A DNA stretch of 64,000 nucleotides from an uncultured Clostridium sp. (lineage in GTDB: Bacteria; Bacillota; Clostridia; TANB77; CAG-508), in contig CAKNPW010000004.1 in NCBI GenBank assembly GCA_930990555.1, positions 14,570-78,569 on the forward strand. Reading direction: 5' to 3'. Every line of letters starts with the position of its first letter. The stretch's first letter is position 1. Shown here in pieces: positions 63,187 to 64,000 of the stretch. A program made the position numbers and the translations under genes. Under the pieces are notes generated by a model. That model made no database searches. It had not been told where the DNA came from and was given only the letters and a program-made list of their open reading frames with translations.

Positions 63187-64000
63187 TTATTTTTCTAAAT
63201 CTAATTTTATATGTACATCTTTTAATTGTTGTTCTGAAACTACAGATGGTGCTCTCATCAATAGATCTCTTGCTCTTTTATTTTTTGGAAATGCTATTAC
63301 TTCTCTAATATTTTGTGAATCTGCAATTAACATTACCATTCTGTCAATTCCTGGTGCAGCACCTGCATGTGGTGGTGTACCATATTGGAATGCATTATAT
63401 AATGCTCCAAATCTATTTTTTACATCTTCTTCTGTATATCCTGCAATTTCGAATGCTTTAACCATAATTTCTGGATCATGATTTCTCACAGCTCCTGAGG
63501 CCATTTCATAACCATTACATACTAAATCATATTGATATGCATATACATCTAATGGATCTTTTGTATTTAATGCTTCTAGTCCACCTTGTGGCATAGAAAA
63601 TGGATTATGACTAAAGTCTATTGTTCCTTCATCAGATAATTCATACATTGGAAAATCTACTATAAAGCAGAAACGATATACATCTTTTTCTAATAAATCT
63701 AATCTTTTACCTAATTCTATTCTAACTAAACCTGCTATTTTTTGTGCTTTTTCAAATTCATCTGCTATAAAGAACATTGCAGAATTATTTGATGCACCAT
63801 ATTTAGTTTGTAAAGCTTCTTTTATTTCTGGTGTAATAAATTTAGCAATTCCACCTGTAACTTCTCCAGTTGCATCTAACTTTGTCCATGCTAATCCTTT
63901 TGCACCAACATCATTTGATGTTGCAAATTCCCCCATTTTATCGAAGAATTTTCTACCTTGATTATTGCCATCTGGAACTACTATTACTTTTACTGTTTTT
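63187..64000 (-). CDS. aspS: Aspartate--tRNA ligase, C-terminal part (the gene continues beyond the window)
   Basis: The frame is open to the window edge. Class II motif 3 region GAAPGIDRMVMLI. FPMYELSDEG and NPFSMPQGG motifs. Confidence 0.85.
   Translation of the reverse strand, partial: KTVKVIVVPDGNNQGRKFFDKMGEFATSNDVGAKGLAWTKLDATGEVTGGIAKFITPEIKEALQTKYGASNNSAMFFIADEFEKAQKIAGLVRIELGKRLDLLEKDVYRFCFIVDFPMYELSDEGTIDFSHNPFSMPQGGLEALNTKDPLDVYAYQYDLVCNGYEMASGAVRNHDPEIMVKAFEIAGYTEEDVKNRFGALYNAFQYGTPPHAGAAPGIDRMVMLIADSQNIREVIAFPKNKRARDLLMRAPSVVSEQQLKDVHIKLDLEK

Overview
Low-GC (under 30% by eye) Firmicutes/Clostridia-like chromosome segment. All calls come from reading the sequence and the ORF track; no database search was run, so family names rest on motif recognition and gene order.

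**Left flank (1-11.4 kb)**
- A GT51 peptidoglycan glycosyltransferase and a Cof-type HAD hydrolase.
- An NAD salvage cluster: pncB (frame broken), an NrtR-like Nudix regulator, and a nadD-nadE-permease operon. The promoters carry a shared palindromic operator.
- An MscS channel and gltX.
- A small islet of visibly higher GC holding two autonomous mini-genes.

**Prophage (11478-49663, about 38.2 kb)**
- Siphovirus-type, with an HK97-like head module and HNH plus P27-type small terminase, which suggests cos packaging.
- It is inserted into the 3' end of the RNase J gene. It is bounded by 25-bp imperfect direct repeats and by matching arm-type repeats.
- It carries its own tRNA-Met(CAT).
- Several promoter-plus-terminator moron cassettes are present, notably a pair of zinc-ribbon/transmembrane paralogs between the tape-measure and distal-tail genes.
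- A trio of tail-fibre paralogs is present. One of them is preceded by a (TG)11 microsatellite that sits inside a short upstream ORF.
- The CI/Cro-type switch has four copies of a 17-bp operator box.

**Right flank**
- rnj with a long AT-rich leader.
- A higher-GC orphan gene, then thyX.
- A 2663-aa protein resembling cyclic beta-1,2-glucan synthase (GT84 plus GH94).
- cwlD with a broken frame, and the 3' part of aspS.

**Dispersed repeats.** A family of GC-rich nested-palindrome elements (GGGATTTTGGGACGTTCC-type and TTGAACTTT..AAAGTTCAA-type) is scattered through the host intergenic regions. Both types occur in the gltX 5' leader.

**What I would follow up first:** the microsatellite/uORF switch, the zinc-ribbon moron pair, the metallophosphoesterase/nucleotidyltransferase/tRNA cluster, and the GC-rich inverted repeat bracketing the immunity cassette.
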